NCBI GenBank assembly: GCA_964016885.1
Contig: OZ024745.1
Location: 27,776,001 to 27,840,000, forward strand
Length of the DNA stretch: 64,000 bases
Reading direction: 5' to 3'
Source of the DNA: Eledone cirrhosa
Lineage: Eukaryota
Shown here: positions 38,139 to 52,205 of the stretch, piece by piece
Numbering within the stretch: position 1 is the first letter of the stretch
Layout of the letters: each line of letters opens with the position of its first letter
The notes under the pieces: model-generated
The model's database searches: none
Seen by the model: the letters and a program-made list of their open reading frames with translations, nothing else
Told to the model about the DNA's origin: nothing
Program-made: the position numbers and the translations under genes

Positions 38139-38742
38139 AATGCAGTTTATATCTAATATCGTCTTTTTTTAATGTTACTGATTACATAAGACAGTGTAAC
38201 GCAGACTTCGTTCAATTTCTGTGTATATTGTCAATTACGATGTTACTTGATGTATCATATCTACATGTATATATACTTGCGTGTAATATCAATATACACA
38301 CTACACATGCTAGCAGAATACCACCCGAAGGGTGGTTTTTCTGCTATTAAGAATAATATTCACTCCATATTCTGGAGTTAATTCCATCGACTATACTGCC
38401 TATTAACAAAATTAGCTTTTATCACCGCAAACGAAATAATTATTATTAGTTGTAATTAGTTTTTATTTAATTAGGTGTGTCATCTCAGTATAAAATGAGT
38501 TGATTTAATATAAATCTTGTCAATATTCTACCCATTCCGAAATTATGAAAAGCAAAGTCAACTGTGATGTGTAATGTGACTAGATCTCAAATTTGAATAT
38601 GTGACTCGTTTCCTGTATCATTCTACTACCTCCAGCAACTCTATATTGTCTGTCGTCTTTCCAGCCAATAGCATGACCTCAACTAGAAAGGTTGTTCGCG
38701 AGAGATTTCGTTGCTAGAAATAATAGCATCCTACAATCTTAA

Positions 38743-38836
38743 ATAATTGTTTCTACTATTGGCACAAGGCCAGCAATTACCCAGTACATTACAGGTACTT
38801 TATTTTATCGACCCCGTAAGGATGAAAGGCAATGTT
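38743..38836 (-). mobile_element. 5'-truncated Nin/Deu SINE
   Basis: TSD tcttaaataat at 38737-38747 and 38837-38847. Confidence 0.9.
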
Positions 38837-39225
38837 TCTTAAATAATGAAAGATACTTTGAACAATATAACCCATAATATACAAAAAGATGGGAGAATCA
38901 TAACTAGAACGTTTTTGATTATAGATCTGATCGACCAGTGTCAATCTAGAACAAAAAAATCTATTTTCAACCTGTTTTCAAAAAGTAGCATTACAAGTGG
39001 GGATAATTATACTTTTTAATAACGCTGTAATTGCAGAGGATATATTTTGATATTATCATTGTGTTCGCTATCTGTTAGTCACCTGATCATATTTGCAAAT
39101 GTGGCTGCAGCTAAAAGTATTGCTATCGTTCCTTCAGAGATTGCTGAAATTGCAACAATTATATGCACACGCACACACACACGCACACACACACACACAT
39201 ATACAGATACACATTTAATAAGGTT

Positions 39226-39307
<82 letters not shown>

Positions 39308-39368
39308 CACATACACGCACGCACATATATATAAATTTATTCTGTATATATATACGATATTGTGCATT

Positions 39369-39406
<38 letters not shown>

Positions 39407-39411
<5 letters not shown>

Positions 39412-39525
39412 ATTGTTTCTACTTTAGGCACAAGGCCAGCAATTACCCAGTGCATTACTGGTACTTTATTTTATCGACCCCGTAAGGATGAAAGGCAAAG
39501 TCAACCTCGGCGGGATTTGAACTCA
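39407..39525 (-). mobile_element. 5'-truncated Nin/Deu SINE inside (TA)n
   Basis: Reverse complement of the consensus from the B box to the tail. Confidence 0.9.
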
Positions 39526-39631
39526 TATATATAGTATAATACACTCTGTCAGGCTCTACACCTCGACACTGAAGTGAACCTAAACATCGAGTGACAACCG
39601 GGGGAACTTACCACCAAGTTACACTTCCTGG

Positions 39632-39696
<65 letters not shown>

Positions 39697-40397
39697 CACT
39701 TAAACATTTTTGATATTCTAGCTTTAATAACAGTTGCTGCTCTAATATAATTCACTGTAGTTGTTTATAGCAGTTGCATTTATTGTAAGCTAACTAATCT
39801 GAGAGACATTCACCGACTTTGTTCATTATCAAATGGGCTTTGAACATTTTATCATTCTTTCTCGAAAATGCAAAAGTTACCATAGCAATAGCTGCAACAG
39901 GTTACACATGATACATTTGACAGTTGCTTACGTTGTTTCTCTGCATCTGCAGCGTTAAATAATTAATATGTACTGCACAAGACAGAGATGCTGAATGTTT
40001 GGACGTCATCACCGGTAATAAGCCTCATTAGAGCCGCAAGTATGTTCCCGTTGAAAGGAACAAGTGAATGCTGATAATAGCATACAATCCCCATAATCCG
40101 GGGAAATACGAACAGAATCTTATTCTCTTGGCTCTTGTATCTCCTTTGAAAGAAGTAAAATGTATGAAGTCTAACACAATAAGACAATAGAATAAGGAAA
40201 GTTACAATACTCATAGTTCTACGATTACAATTTCGAGGGCTATGCGCAGAATTTAAAATTGCCTCGGAGATTTTATTAGACGTATACACACACATACACA
40301 CATACACACACATATATATGTATTTTATATACATACATACATACATACATATATATTATACACACACGCACACACATTCTTACATACACACACACCC

Positions 40398-40502
<105 letters not shown>

Positions 40503-40623
40503 CATAGGTTTTCTGAACTACAGTTGAGCTTTTACCGTATCAAAGCGGTAAGAGCTCAACCATAGGAGTGAAAATCATTATAGGAACTACATGCTACTTA
40601 CTTAAGTATACAGTACTAAACTG

Positions 40624-40706
<83 letters not shown>

Positions 40707-41719
40707 TTATTTGTACTGATTAAAGTTTAAGCCAAAAAACGCTGGTTTCACTCTTTTACGTGATCTTCGTATTTTAGGATGTATAAATATAAAGATATAT
40801 ATAGATATACCTGGAGAGGTGATGGCTCCGCTGACTCTTTCAAGAGTTACGGGTCCATACCAGACCAAGTCTTTTCATTACATTGTAATTCGCGTCGATT
40901 TGTACCCATAATCATTACTCAGACAGACACACAACCCTACACATGTATCGGGTTGTCTTTATTGTAATTTTACTTTTTTAAATAGGCACAAGGTCACGAC
41001 ATTATAGAAGAGGGGAATGGCTTAGTGTGACGATCAGACTTTTCTGAAACAGTAACGGTGAAGCATCTGGTGTTATATATCGACCTTGCCGATCAGCTTA
41101 TAAATTCTACTTGGGAGATTCTTTACTATTTTCATGGCTTCTCAACTAGAATCACCTTTAAAATCAGAATAAAAGTAGAATGACTTTCGAAAACAATGTT
41201 GTTGCAATTTAAGGGTTGGAAATGAGTATTCGAGATTATGGCAAAGACATTGACCCAAGATGCTACGCAGTGATATAATCCGAGGCATCATGACTGTGAA
41301 CCAAACTTCTTAATTTCTCAGTTATGGCCGCATCCACAATCTTGATAACCGTTTGATAACAGTAACTATTATAAAGCACACCCTCTCCATTTACTTCCAA
41401 CTGATTCGCCTTACGTCAACATTATATTCTGTGCATAATGGAAACAAATATCCTTGAAACTAACAATGATTCGATCTATATTGTCTGGTTTGAAATTAAA
41501 GATGACACGACAACATTATGTGACGTCATCAAAATTATAACTTAACGATACAATACTTGCTGAAGACTGATGCCGTTAAATTTCAACAGCAATGCTTCAT
41601 GAGATACGAAAAGAAAAACAAATGTTCAATCAGCATTACTAAGCCACAGTTCTTGCTTCATCTGGTGTTACACTTTTGAACTTCTCACAATACACGTTAA
41701 GACATTTTATCACCTACAA

Positions 41720-42410
41720 CTAATGCCGGCCTACCTATCTTCAATCACCTCCAGCCTCACCCTCATCAGCGAGGTCCTCCGCAAGACAGCAAAACCAAAT
41801 GTGGGCCGAATACTGGAGTCAGATCTGTCCGACTGGATCGGTGAAGGCCTCACCGTCCCCCAGTATGCAGATGTCCAACGCAACTAGGACAACATCAAAT
41901 ACAATTTGGTGCTCTCCGCATCATCCGGTATGCTTATTCATGATGAATGCACTCGCATCGGAGTGGCCAAGCTCATTGTCCTCCGCGTGTGTTAGCCATA
42001 CAAATGCCGTTGTGAAGCCGTTGTTGTCGAGTTTGGTTTGCACCCGCTACCCTACAGCCATAACGCAGGTCGGTTCAATCCACACGCCTCTCTGAACGAC
42101 ATAATCAGGAGCCTTGATACGGCCGGCTTCCCGTTACAACTGAGGTCAGCTGGCCTCGACCTACATCACGGTAAGCGCCCAGATGGAATAACTCTCTTCC
42201 CATTCAAGAGAGATAAATCTGTAATCTGAGATGTCACGTACTGCAACACGTTGTCCACCTCCAACCTTGTCGCGTCGGCCGGAAACACGGGTGCCGTGGC
42301 CCGCAATGCAGAGGAAGATAGCATCGTGAAGTAGGATGGTTGTTGCTGCAAGCATCGCTGGCCATTCTTTGCGGAAATGCCGTCATAATTTTGTCTGCAG
42401 GGTTTAGTTG
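41720..42410 (+). mobile_element. CRE-like non-LTR retrotransposon C-terminal zinc-knuckle / restriction-like endonuclease fragment
   Basis: YKCRCEAVVVEFGLHPL...GRFNPHASLNDIIRSLDTAG...GKRPDGITLFPFKRDKSVI*DVT...GAVARNAEE matches the RHxxLNDII / KRPDG / WDVT pattern. Stops present. Confidence 0.8.
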
Positions 42411-43258
42411 ACACACGCCGCTCAGCCTGGGGTGTGCAATCTGTCGCTTCGTCTCCCTTTTTTGTTGCTTAATTCCTTTTTTTTTTCTTCCTTTTTTTTC
42501 TCAATCTTTTTTCCTTTCAATATCTTTTATATAAACATTACTATCTTATGAACACAAACATCTTCCAAAAATAAATTTCCCTTTCCATTACATTTCGAAG
42601 CACAATTTTAAAGTTGTTTGCAATGCTTCTTGTGTTGTATCAGAGATGCACTCATGGCCGCAGGGAAATATTTTCAAAATTTCCGATTGTCACCTCTAAA
42701 ATCTTTGAAACGACAAGGGAGACTTGAAGTAGATAAACATTTCGAGATATTTCTTGAGCATTTCGGATCATGAAATCTTGAATAGTTTAGTCTTGCCATC
42801 CGTAAATAACTTTCTCTGGTCACACATGCGCATACACACATATCTTCTGTGGCTTCCTAGCTGACTTCCATAGACAAACACCAACACAGAACTACACACC
42901 TAAATACACTCACACACACACACATCTTTGCTTATATTCTTAAGAAGACTTTGTAAGGAAGTGTTAGACGCCTACAAATTATATATTTTATATGTTCGTA
43001 TCTGAAAAGTGGTCTTTATGTTGTGATCTATGATGTTATTTGAGGTTAAACACCTTGAAATTCTTTATAGTTTTAAACAGATGAGACACGGTGACCTATT
43101 TGATTGAAAAACAAATAAGTATGTATTAGTTTGACTTATATTAAACTCACGTCATTAGTTTGTGTAGAAAAAGTGGAAAATATTTATAGCTTTCGCCAAT
43201 AATAGCAGCTTATATGAAATTATTTAATGATACTGGTCTATAAAATAAAAATTATGGA

Positions 43259-43398
43259 CCAGGGTCGGCTGAAAAATATACTCATGGAAATGGTAAGGAA
43301 CAATACAGTTATTAATAAGACTTGAAATTAATGCTTGCAAGATTAGCTCCAGCATCATTTCTTCATAGTCAGCCTATGAACTTTTCAGCCAACTGTCG
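43259..43398. mobile_element. Internally deleted mariner-type MITE
   Basis: agggtcggctgaaaa ... gtcagcctatgaacttttcagccaactgtcg|ta. Confidence 0.8.
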
Positions 43399-43689
43399 TA
43401 TATAAATTTACCTGCGATGAAAAAACTATAGAAAAGAACTATAAAATTGAGCAGCGGTTAAAATTATAAATATTTGGGCGTAACCTAATCCAACGCTCAA
43501 CAGTATATTAATACAATATAATTTCCCAAATGTGTACCTAACGTGCTTTTGTTTGCATCTGCATTATCCTAGGTTTGAAATTATGTGAATATATACATAC
43601 CCTTCTCTCTCATCATTTACAAATGTAGTGTAATTATAATGTATCGTCACGTAATGAAGCTCTAATCAATCCACGCATTCCATAATTTT

Positions 43690-44520
43690 AAGGGGAAACC
43701 ACTGACAAAATAAGGATAATTTAATCCACCTATATGTCTTTGTGCTGGAAGAAAGTTTTCATATTAGAGAACCTATTTACTAGAGAGGAAGTCTTATAAG
43801 GTCTCTACGTACATATTTATCTCCAGATCACTGTTCCTTCCAATCACTTCTTTCAAAGTCAGGTAGTCAGTGCCAACATGCGTATTGAAGTCTCTCATTA
43901 GGATATATCTGATGCAGCAGTGACTTCATCAAGGAAGGATGGTATTCCGGCATACAAACTTGCACACAATATAGAGACCTTTCTTTCAGCCTAAACTTCA
44001 AGAGGAAAATCTTCCCACCCAATGGGATCCAGTTCACAACTCATTCTGATGTGAGTACCTCCACTCCCGACTTGTGAGTACCTCCACTCCCGCCTGTGCA
44101 GTACTTTCTGGCGCCACACATGAATAGTAGAATTTCCCTCCTCCCCACAAATCTACAAAACTTTATTGAGGAAACCCAAACTGTTCTGAATATTATTTAA
44201 TCGTTGTAATCTCCTTACATGTGTGTGTTTGAGGTCCTTGTGGAATACTCGGTGTCATGTGTTCCGGGACTGGCCTCTGTTCTGCTTTCCCTTCTCTGTT
44301 GTCCAAGTCATTGTAGTCGCTGCACATCGAGTATCTGGCTGGCCCAAAATATGACCCGACAAGTGATGCCAATGCAACGCCATAGTAATTTGCAGCGAGC
44401 GGGTTTTGCTTCGCCAAAAAATTTCTTCATTTGTCTCTTTGTCTTCGACTTTGATGATCTTCTGTGATGGCAGTGAAAAGTATCCAGCTTGGCTTGTATC
44501 TATTTACTTAAGAGGCCACA
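43690..44520 (-). mobile_element. Two RTE fragments: AP-endonuclease remnant (~43690-44110) and a 3' end (~44110-44520)
   Basis: LMRDFNTHVGTD (cf. GDFNAHVG); SGHILGQPDTRCAATTMTWTTEKGKQNRGQSRNT (cf. WxGHxxR / GKRxRGRPR). Confidence 0.65.
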
Positions 44521-44837
44521 GGTTGGGGACCACTGCCAACATCTTATGCTAATAACCTGTACTAAATATCTTACAAGAGCTTTGTACTAATACTTTCTAC
44601 CAAATACATTATACATATCTTATGAACAATACCTAATACGGACCTCTTATGCTGAATATCTTATTGCAATATCTAAATCTTAGTACAGGTTGTGTTGGTA
44701 GGACAAAAGGTGCAACAATCACCCTGAGGGCGGCTGGTGCAGTTGCTACCACTATTGTTGTTGTTTCTGTTTCTCACACTCTTGCTTCTCATGGTACTGT
44801 CATTGCTGTAAACCCTACTGCTGCTGATGCTGCTAAC

Positions 44838-45192
44838 GATGATGATGTCGATGATGATGGTGGGGATGATGATGATGGTGGTGGTGATGATGATGATGAA
44901 GATGATGATGATGGTGGTGGTGGTGGTGGTGGTGGCCGTGCTGCTGCTGATGAAAATTATGATGATGGTGGTGGTGGTGGTGGTGCTGATGACGATGATA
45001 ATGTTGATGATGATGATGGGGATGATGATGATGGTGGTGGTGGTGGTGCTGATGATGACGATGATAATGTTGATGATGATGATGGGGATGATGATGATGG
45101 TGGCGGTGGTAATGATGATGATGGTGATGGTAGTAGTGATGGTGGTGGTGATCGTGATGGTGAGGATAATTATCATTGTGATGATGAGGATT

Positions 45193-45231
<39 letters not shown>

Positions 45232-47560
45232 GTCGGGGCGATAGTGATGGTGATGATGGTGGTGGGGGCGATAGTGACGGTGATGATGATGGTGGTGGGG
45301 GTGTTTGTGATGATGATGATGATGGTGGGGTGCTAGTGATGGGATGATGATGATGGTGGTGGGGTGCTAGTGATGGTGATGATGATGATGGTGGGGGGTG
45401 CTAGTGATGGTGATGATGATGGTGGTGGGGTGCTAGTGATGGTGATGATGATGATGGTGGTGGGTGCTAGTGATGGTGATGATGATGATGGTGGGGGGTG
45501 CTAGTGATGGTGATGATGATGGTGGTGGGGTGCTAGTGATGGTGATGATGATGGTGGGGTGTTAGTGATGGGATGATGATGATGGTGGTGGGGTGCTAGT
45601 GATGGTGATGATGATGGTGGTGGGGTGCTAGTGATGGTGATGATGATGGTGGTGGGGTGCTAGTGATGGTGATGATGATGGTGGTGGGGTGCTAGTGATG
45701 GTGATGATGATGGTGGGGTGTTAGTGATGGTGATGATGATGATGGTGGGGGTGCTAGTGATGGTGATGATGATGATGATGGTGGGGGGTGCTAGTGATGG
45801 TGATGATGATGATGATGGTGGGGGGTGCTAGTGATGGTGATGATGATGATGATGGTGGGGGGTGCTAGTGATGGTGATGATGATGGTGGGGTGCTAGTGA
45901 TGGTGATGATGATGATGGTGGGATGTTAGTGATGGTGATGATGATGATGGTGGGGGGTGCTAGTGATGGTGATGATGATGATGGTGGGGGTGCTAGTGAT
46001 GGTGATGATGATGATGGTGGGGTGTTAGTAATGGTGATGATGATGATGGTGGGGGGTGCTAGTGATGGTGATGATGATGATGATGGTGGGGGGTGCTAGT
46101 GATGGTGATGATGATGATGATGGTGGGGGGTGCTAGTGATGGTGATGATGATGATGATGGTGGGGGGTGCTAGTGATGGTGATGATGATGGTGGGGTGCT
46201 AGTGATGGTGATGATGATGATGGTGGGATGTTAGTGATGGTGATGATGATGATGGTGGGGGGTGCTAGTGATGGTGATGATGATGATGGTGGGGGTGCTA
46301 GTGATGGTGATGATGATGATGGTGGGGGGTGCTAGTGATGGTGATGATGATGATGGTGGGGGGTGCTAGTGATGGTGATGGTGATGATGATGGTGGGGTG
46401 TTAGTGATGGTGATGATGATGATGGTGGGGGTGCTAGTGATGGTGATGATGATGGTGGGGTGTTAGTGATGGTGATGATGATGATGGTGGGGTGTTAGTG
46501 ATGGTGATGATGATGATGGTGGGGGGTGCTAGTGATGGTGATGATGATGATGGTGGGGGGTGCTAGTGATGGTGATGATGATGGTGGGGGTGCTAGTGAT
46601 GGTGATGATGATGGTGGGGGTGCTAGTGATGGTGATGATGATGGTGGGGGGTGCTAGTGATGGTGATGATGATGATGGTGGGGGGTGCTAGTGATGGTGA
46701 TGATGATGGTGGGGGTGCTAGTGATGGTGATGATGATGGTGGGGTGCTAGTGATGGTGATGATGATGGTGGGGTGCTAGTGATGGTGATGATGATGGTGG
46801 GGTGCTAGTGATGGTGATGATGATGGTGGGGTGCTAGTGATGGTGATGATGATGGTGGGGGTGCTAGTGATGGTGATGATGATGGTGGGGTGCTAGTGAT
46901 GGTGATGATGATGGTGGGGTGCTAGTGATGGTGATGATGATGGTGGGGTGCTAGTGATGGTGATGATGATGGTGGGGGTGCTAGTGATGGTGATGATGAT
47001 GGTGGGGGTGCTAGTGATGGTGATGATGATGGTGGGGTGCTAGTGATGGTGATGATGATGGTGGGGGTGCTAGTGATGGTGATGATGATGGTGGGGTGCT
47101 AGTGATGGTGATGATGATGGTGGGGTGCTAGTGATGGTGATGATGATGGTGGGGTGCTAGTGATGGTGATGATGATGGTGGGGTGCTAGTGATGGTGATG
47201 ATGATGGTGGGGGTGCTAGTGATGGTGATGATGATGGTGGGGGTGCTAGTGATGGTGATGATGATGGTGGGGTGCTAGTGATGGTGATGATGATGGTGGG
47301 GGTGCTAGTGATGGTGATGATGATGGTGGGGTGCTAGTGATGGTGATGATGATGGTGGGGGTGCTAGTGATGGTGATGATGATGGTGGGGTGCTAGTGAT
47401 GGTGATGATGATGGTGGGGTGCTAGTGATGGTGATGATGATGGTGGGGGTGCTAGTGATGGTGATGATGATGGTGGGGGTGCTAGTGATGGTGATGATGA
47501 TGGTGGGGTGCTAGTGATGGTGATGATGATGGTGGGGGTGCTAGTGATGGTGATGATGAT
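44838..47560. repeat. (GAT/GGT) low-complexity tract grading into a ~29-37 bp minisatellite GTGCTAGTGATGGT(GAT)3-5GGT(G)n
   Basis: Regular units from about 45330 to 47560. Confidence 0.97.
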
Positions 47561-47578
47561 TGCGCTGCTGTTGCCAGT

Positions 47579-47898
47579 AATAATAATTATTTCTACTTTA
47601 GGCACAAGGCCAGCAAATACCCAGCACATTACTGGTACTTTATTTTATCGACCCCGTAAGGATGAAAGCTAAAGTTAACCTTGGCGGGATTTGAACTCAG
47701 ACCGTAAAGGGGCATAACTCTATGCTGGAAAGCATGGCCACCGATCCTCTACCGATACTGCCAATCCAAATGGTTTCTGATTTAAGCACAAGGCCAACAA
47801 TTTTGTGGACTGGAAAGTCGTTTAAATCGACCCCAGTACATTACTGGTACTTTATTTTATCGACCCTTTAAGGGTGAAAGACAAAGCTAACCTCGGCG
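47579..47898 (-). mobile_element. Tandem Nin/Deu SINEs (47579-47768 near full length, 47772-47898 partial older type)
   Basis: Reverse complement of the consensus. Confidence 0.9.
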
Positions 47899-48250
47899 AA
47901 TGAATAATAATAATGGTATTAATGTTGATGGTGGTGGTGGTGGTGGTGGTGGTAGGATCCCACCTTTCAACGATTTTATGATAAGGGTATGATAAGGGTG
48001 ATGAACTGCTGCAGGTGCTGCTGGTTCTGTTTTAGTTGTTATGGACCCTATTCCTGCTGCAGCTGATGCTCTTCTTGTTAATTGGTTCCCTATCAACCTA
48101 ACCCGAACAGAACTACGATCAAAGACGTTCCACTTATGACCCTCCTGTCTTTACATATCCCTCGAAAATTAACTACACTGCCCAACGTAGCGCTCCCTTT
48201 TTAAACGACACGGGGTCAGTTCGTATGATAAAGATATTTAGCTGCTATTA

Positions 48251-48440
48251 TGGTGGATTGGCAGTATCGGTAGAGGGTCGGACGCAATGCTTTGACGCAT
48301 AGAGTTACGGCCCTTGCCATTCTGAGTTCAAATCCCGCCGAGGTTAACTTTGCCTCTCATCCTTACGGGGTCGATAAAATAAAGTACCAGTAATACACTG
48401 GGTATTTGCTGGCCTTGTGCCAAAAGTAGAAACGATTATC
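48251..48440 (+). mobile_element. Nin/Deu SINE
   Basis: Consensus match. Confidence 0.92.
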
Positions 48441-48489
48441 AGCAAATAGAGTGACCACATAGTAACTTCGTCGTTAGCACATCCCCCCT

Positions 48490-51120
48490 TTGTTGTTGTT
48501 GTTGTTGTTATTGTTGAGGCTCCTCCTTCTACTGATATTGCTACTGTTGTCAATGGTGATGCTGCTACTGTTGCTGCTGCTGTTCTTGCTGCTACTGCTA
48601 CTGCTGCTGCTATTGTTGTACATAGTGCAGCAGCTATTACTACTGGAGTAGAAGTGCATTGTAATGTTGTTATTGTTGTTGTTGCAGTTAATGTTGCTGT
48701 TGTTGTTGTTGTTGTTGTTGTTGCTGCTGTTGTTGTTGCAGTTATTACTGCCGTTGTTATTGTTGTTGTTGTTGCTTCTGTTGTTGTTGTTGTTGTTGCA
48801 GTTGATACTGTTGTTGTTGTTGTTGTTGCTATTGTTACTGTTGCTGCTGTTGTTGTTGTTGTTGCTATTGTTACAGTTGCTGATGTTACAGTTGCTGCTG
48901 TTGTTGTTGTTGCTGTTACTGTTACTGCTGTTGTTGTTGTTGTTGTTGTTGTTGCTGTTACTGCTGTTGTTGTTGTTGTTGCTGCTGTTGTTGGTGTTGT
49001 TGTTGTTGTTGTTGCTGATGTTACTGTTACTGCTGTTGTTGTTGTTGTTGCTATTGTTACAGTTGCTGATGTTACAGTTGCTGCTGTTGTTGTTGTTGTT
49101 GCTGTTACTGTTACTGCTGTTGTTGTTGTTGTTGTTGTTGCTGTTACTGCTGTTGTTGTTGTTGTTGCTGCTGTTGTTGCTGTTGTTGTTGTTGTTGTTG
49201 CTGATGTTACTGTTACTGCTGTTGTTGTTGTTGTTGCTGATGTTACTGTTACTGCTGTTGTTGTTGTTGTTGCTGTTACTGTTACCGCTGCTGTTGTTGT
49301 TGTTGTTGTTGTTGTTACTGTTGCTGCTGTAGATGATGAAGTTCCGCTATTGTTGCCGTTGCTGTTGTTGCTGTAGATGCTATTGTTTTGTTGATAGAGT
49401 TGCTACTGCTGATACTGTTGCTAATGTCGCTGTTGTTGCTGTTGTTGCTATTGCTGCTGTTGTTGCTGTTGTTGCTGCTGTTGTTGTTGCTGTTGCTGTT
49501 GGTATTGTTGTTTCTATTGTTGCTATAGCTGCTGTTGGTGTTGATACTTCTACTGCTGCTATTGCTGCTGCTGTTGTTGCTTCTACTGCTACTACTGCTG
49601 CTGTTGGTGTTGTTGCTTCTACTGCTGCTATTGCTGCTGCTGTTGTTGCTTCTACTGCTACTACTGCTGCTGTTGGTGCTGGTGATGTTGTTGCTTCTAC
49701 ATCTGCTACTGCTGCTGCTGCGTTGTTACTTCTACTGCTGCTATTGCTGCTGGTGGTGTTGTTGCTTCTACAGCTGCTACTGCTGCTGCGTTGTTACTTC
49801 TACTGCTGCTATTGCTGCTGGTGGTGTTGTTGCTTCTACTGCTGCTACTGATGCTGCTGTTGTTGCTTCTACTGCTACTACTGCTGCTGTTGTTACTTCT
49901 ACTGCTACTACTGCTGCTGGTGGTGTTGTTGCTTCTACTGCTACTACTGCTGCTGTTGTTACTTCTACTGCTACTACTGCTGCTGGTGGTGTTGTTGCTT
50001 CTACTGCTACTACTGCTCCTGTTGTTACTTCTACTGCTACTACTGCTGCTGGTGGTGTTGTTGCTTATACTGCTGCTACTGCTGTTGTTGGTGTTGTTGA
50101 TGCTGTTGATGGTGCTGTCACATTTGTTGCTGCTGCTGTTATTGCTGCTATTGATAGTGTTGTCACATTTGCTGCTACTGCTGCTATTTCTTGTATTATT
50201 GCGTAAGATATTATTGCTGCTGTTGCTGCTGTTGTGCGTGTTGTCGTATTAGTTGCTGTTGCTGATATTGCTGCTGTTGCTGCTGTTGCTGTTATTGCTG
50301 CTATTGCTGCTGTTGCTGTTATTGCTGCTGTTGAGTGTGTTGCTGTTACTAGTGCTATTGGTGTTGTTGCTACTGCTGCTATTGCTGCTGTTGATGGTGT
50401 TGTCAAATTTGTTGCTGCTGTTGCTACTGTTGCTATTGCTGCTGTTGATGCTGTTGCTGCTATTGCTGCTATTGCTGATGTTGCTGCTATTGCTGCTGTT
50501 GAGCGTGTTGTTGTTACTAGTGTTAGTGGTGTTGTTGCTACTGCTGTTGATGGTGTTGTCACATGTGTTGCTACTGTTGCTATTGCTGCTGTTGATGGTG
50601 TTGTGACATGTGTTGCTACTGTTGATTTTGCTGCTGTTGATGGTGTTGTCACATGTGTTGCTACTGTTGATTTTGCTGCTGTTGATGGTGTTGTCACATG
50701 TGTTGCTACTGTTGATTTTGCTGCTGTTGGTGGTGTTGTCACATGTGTTGCTACTGTTGATTTTGCTGCTGTTGGTGGTGTTGTCACATGTGTTGCTACT
50801 GTTGATTTTGCTGCTGTTGATGGTGTTGTCACATGTGTTGCTACTGTTGATTTTGCTGCTGTTGATGGTGTTGTCACATGTGTTGCTACTGTTGATTTTG
50901 CTGCTGTTGATGGTGTTGTCACATGTGTTGCTACTGTTGATTTTGCTGCTGTTGATGGTGTTGTCACATGTGTTGCTACTACTGCTATTGCTGTTGTTGC
51001 ATAAGTTGTTATGGTTACTGTTGGTGTATAAGTCGCCTTTGTTACTGATGTTGCTAGTGTTGCTATTGATGGTGTTGTTACTGTTGGGAGTTTGAGAGTA
51101 TAGGTTATTGTTGCTGTTGA
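48490..51120. repeat. (GTT/GCT/ACT) trinucleotide mosaic containing a 45-bp minisatellite (~9 units, 50545-50980)
   Basis: Unit gctgctgttgatggtgttgtcacatgtgttgctactgttgatttt. Confidence 0.95.
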
Positions 51121-51162
51121 TGCTGGAGCATAAGTCGCGTTCCTCACCTTTGAATAATCCAG

Positions 51163-51606
51163 TTGGATTGGCAGTACCGGTAGAGCGTCAGACACCATGC
51201 TTTACAGCATAGAGTTACGGCCCTTTATGATCTGAGTTCAAATCCCACCGAGGTTAACTTTGCCTTTCATCCTTACGGGGTCGATAAAATAAAGTACCAG
51301 TCACACACTGGAGTCGATTTAATCGACTTTCCCCTCCCCCAAAATTGCTGGCCTTGTGCCTAAATAAGAAACCATTATTGCTGTGGATTAAGAGCAGTGG
51401 GTTGGCAGTATCGGTAGAGCATCGGACAACATGCTTTGCGCCATTGAATTACGACCCTTCACGTTCTGAGTTCAAATCCCACCGAAGTTAACTGTGCCTT
51501 TCATCCTTACAGGGTTGATAAAATAAAGTACCAGTGATGCACTGGAGTTGATATAATCGACTTTCCACTAACCCTAAAATTGTTGTCCTTGTGTCTAAAT
51601 CATTAT
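51163..51606 (+). mobile_element. Two tandem long-subfamily Nin/Deu SINEs
   Basis: Both carry the extra gtcgatttaatcgactttcccctccccc-type segment that the short copies lack. Confidence 0.9.
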
Positions 51607-52205
51607 TGCTGCTGATGTTGATGTTGCTGTTGCTCAGGATAATGCTGCTGTTGTTGGTACTATTGCTGTTGAGGAACAAGTTGTTATTGCTACTTTTCAA
51701 AAATGGGGTTCCAGCTGTTCTTATTATTGCTGCTGATGTGTTGTTGCTGCTGTTGCTTCCTTTGATAATGTTGGAGCATAAGTTGCTCTGACAACTTTTG
51801 AAAAATGAGGCTGCTGCTGTTGATGGTATTGTTGCTGATGTAATTGTTGTTTTTGATGGTACTGTTACTGGTGGTATTGTTGCTGCTGGTATTGTTGCTG
51901 ACAGTATTATTGGTGCTGCTGGTATTGTTATTGATGGTACTGCTGCTGATGAGGCGTAACGAAAGACTGCAAAGCATTTCATCCGATGCACCAACAATTC
52001 TGTTAACCCCACCGCCCTAAAAAAGTTTCCTATAATGACATGAGTGATAATGACATGAGTAAAGATAATGACCTAATCACAACCAACATCATCAGCAACA
52101 ACAATAACAAGTGAAAGAGTCGCTCATACGGTCACTCGACATTGGATAATGTCGTATTTGAATAGAAATGTATGTTACACGAGATATTCCCGACGAAGGT
52201 CCATA

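Noticed and set aside
39932-40144. Minus-strand exon-like segment with ag/gtaag boundaries
   Set aside because: All three frames contain stops and no recognisable protein
44649-45347. Asp/Gly-rich ORF (biomineralisation-like)
   Set aside because: It is a translation of the GAT/GGT microsatellite, with no unique domain or splice evidence
50065-51198. Mucin-like Thr/Ala/Pro ORF
   Set aside because: It starts inside a SINE and is made of trinucleotide and 45-bp repeats that are open in several frames
51946-51975. CTGATGA-ggcgtaac-GAAA hammerhead-like words
   Set aside because: Only a 1-bp helix II and no NUH/helix I; it is the junction of a GCT repeat and a SINE remnant
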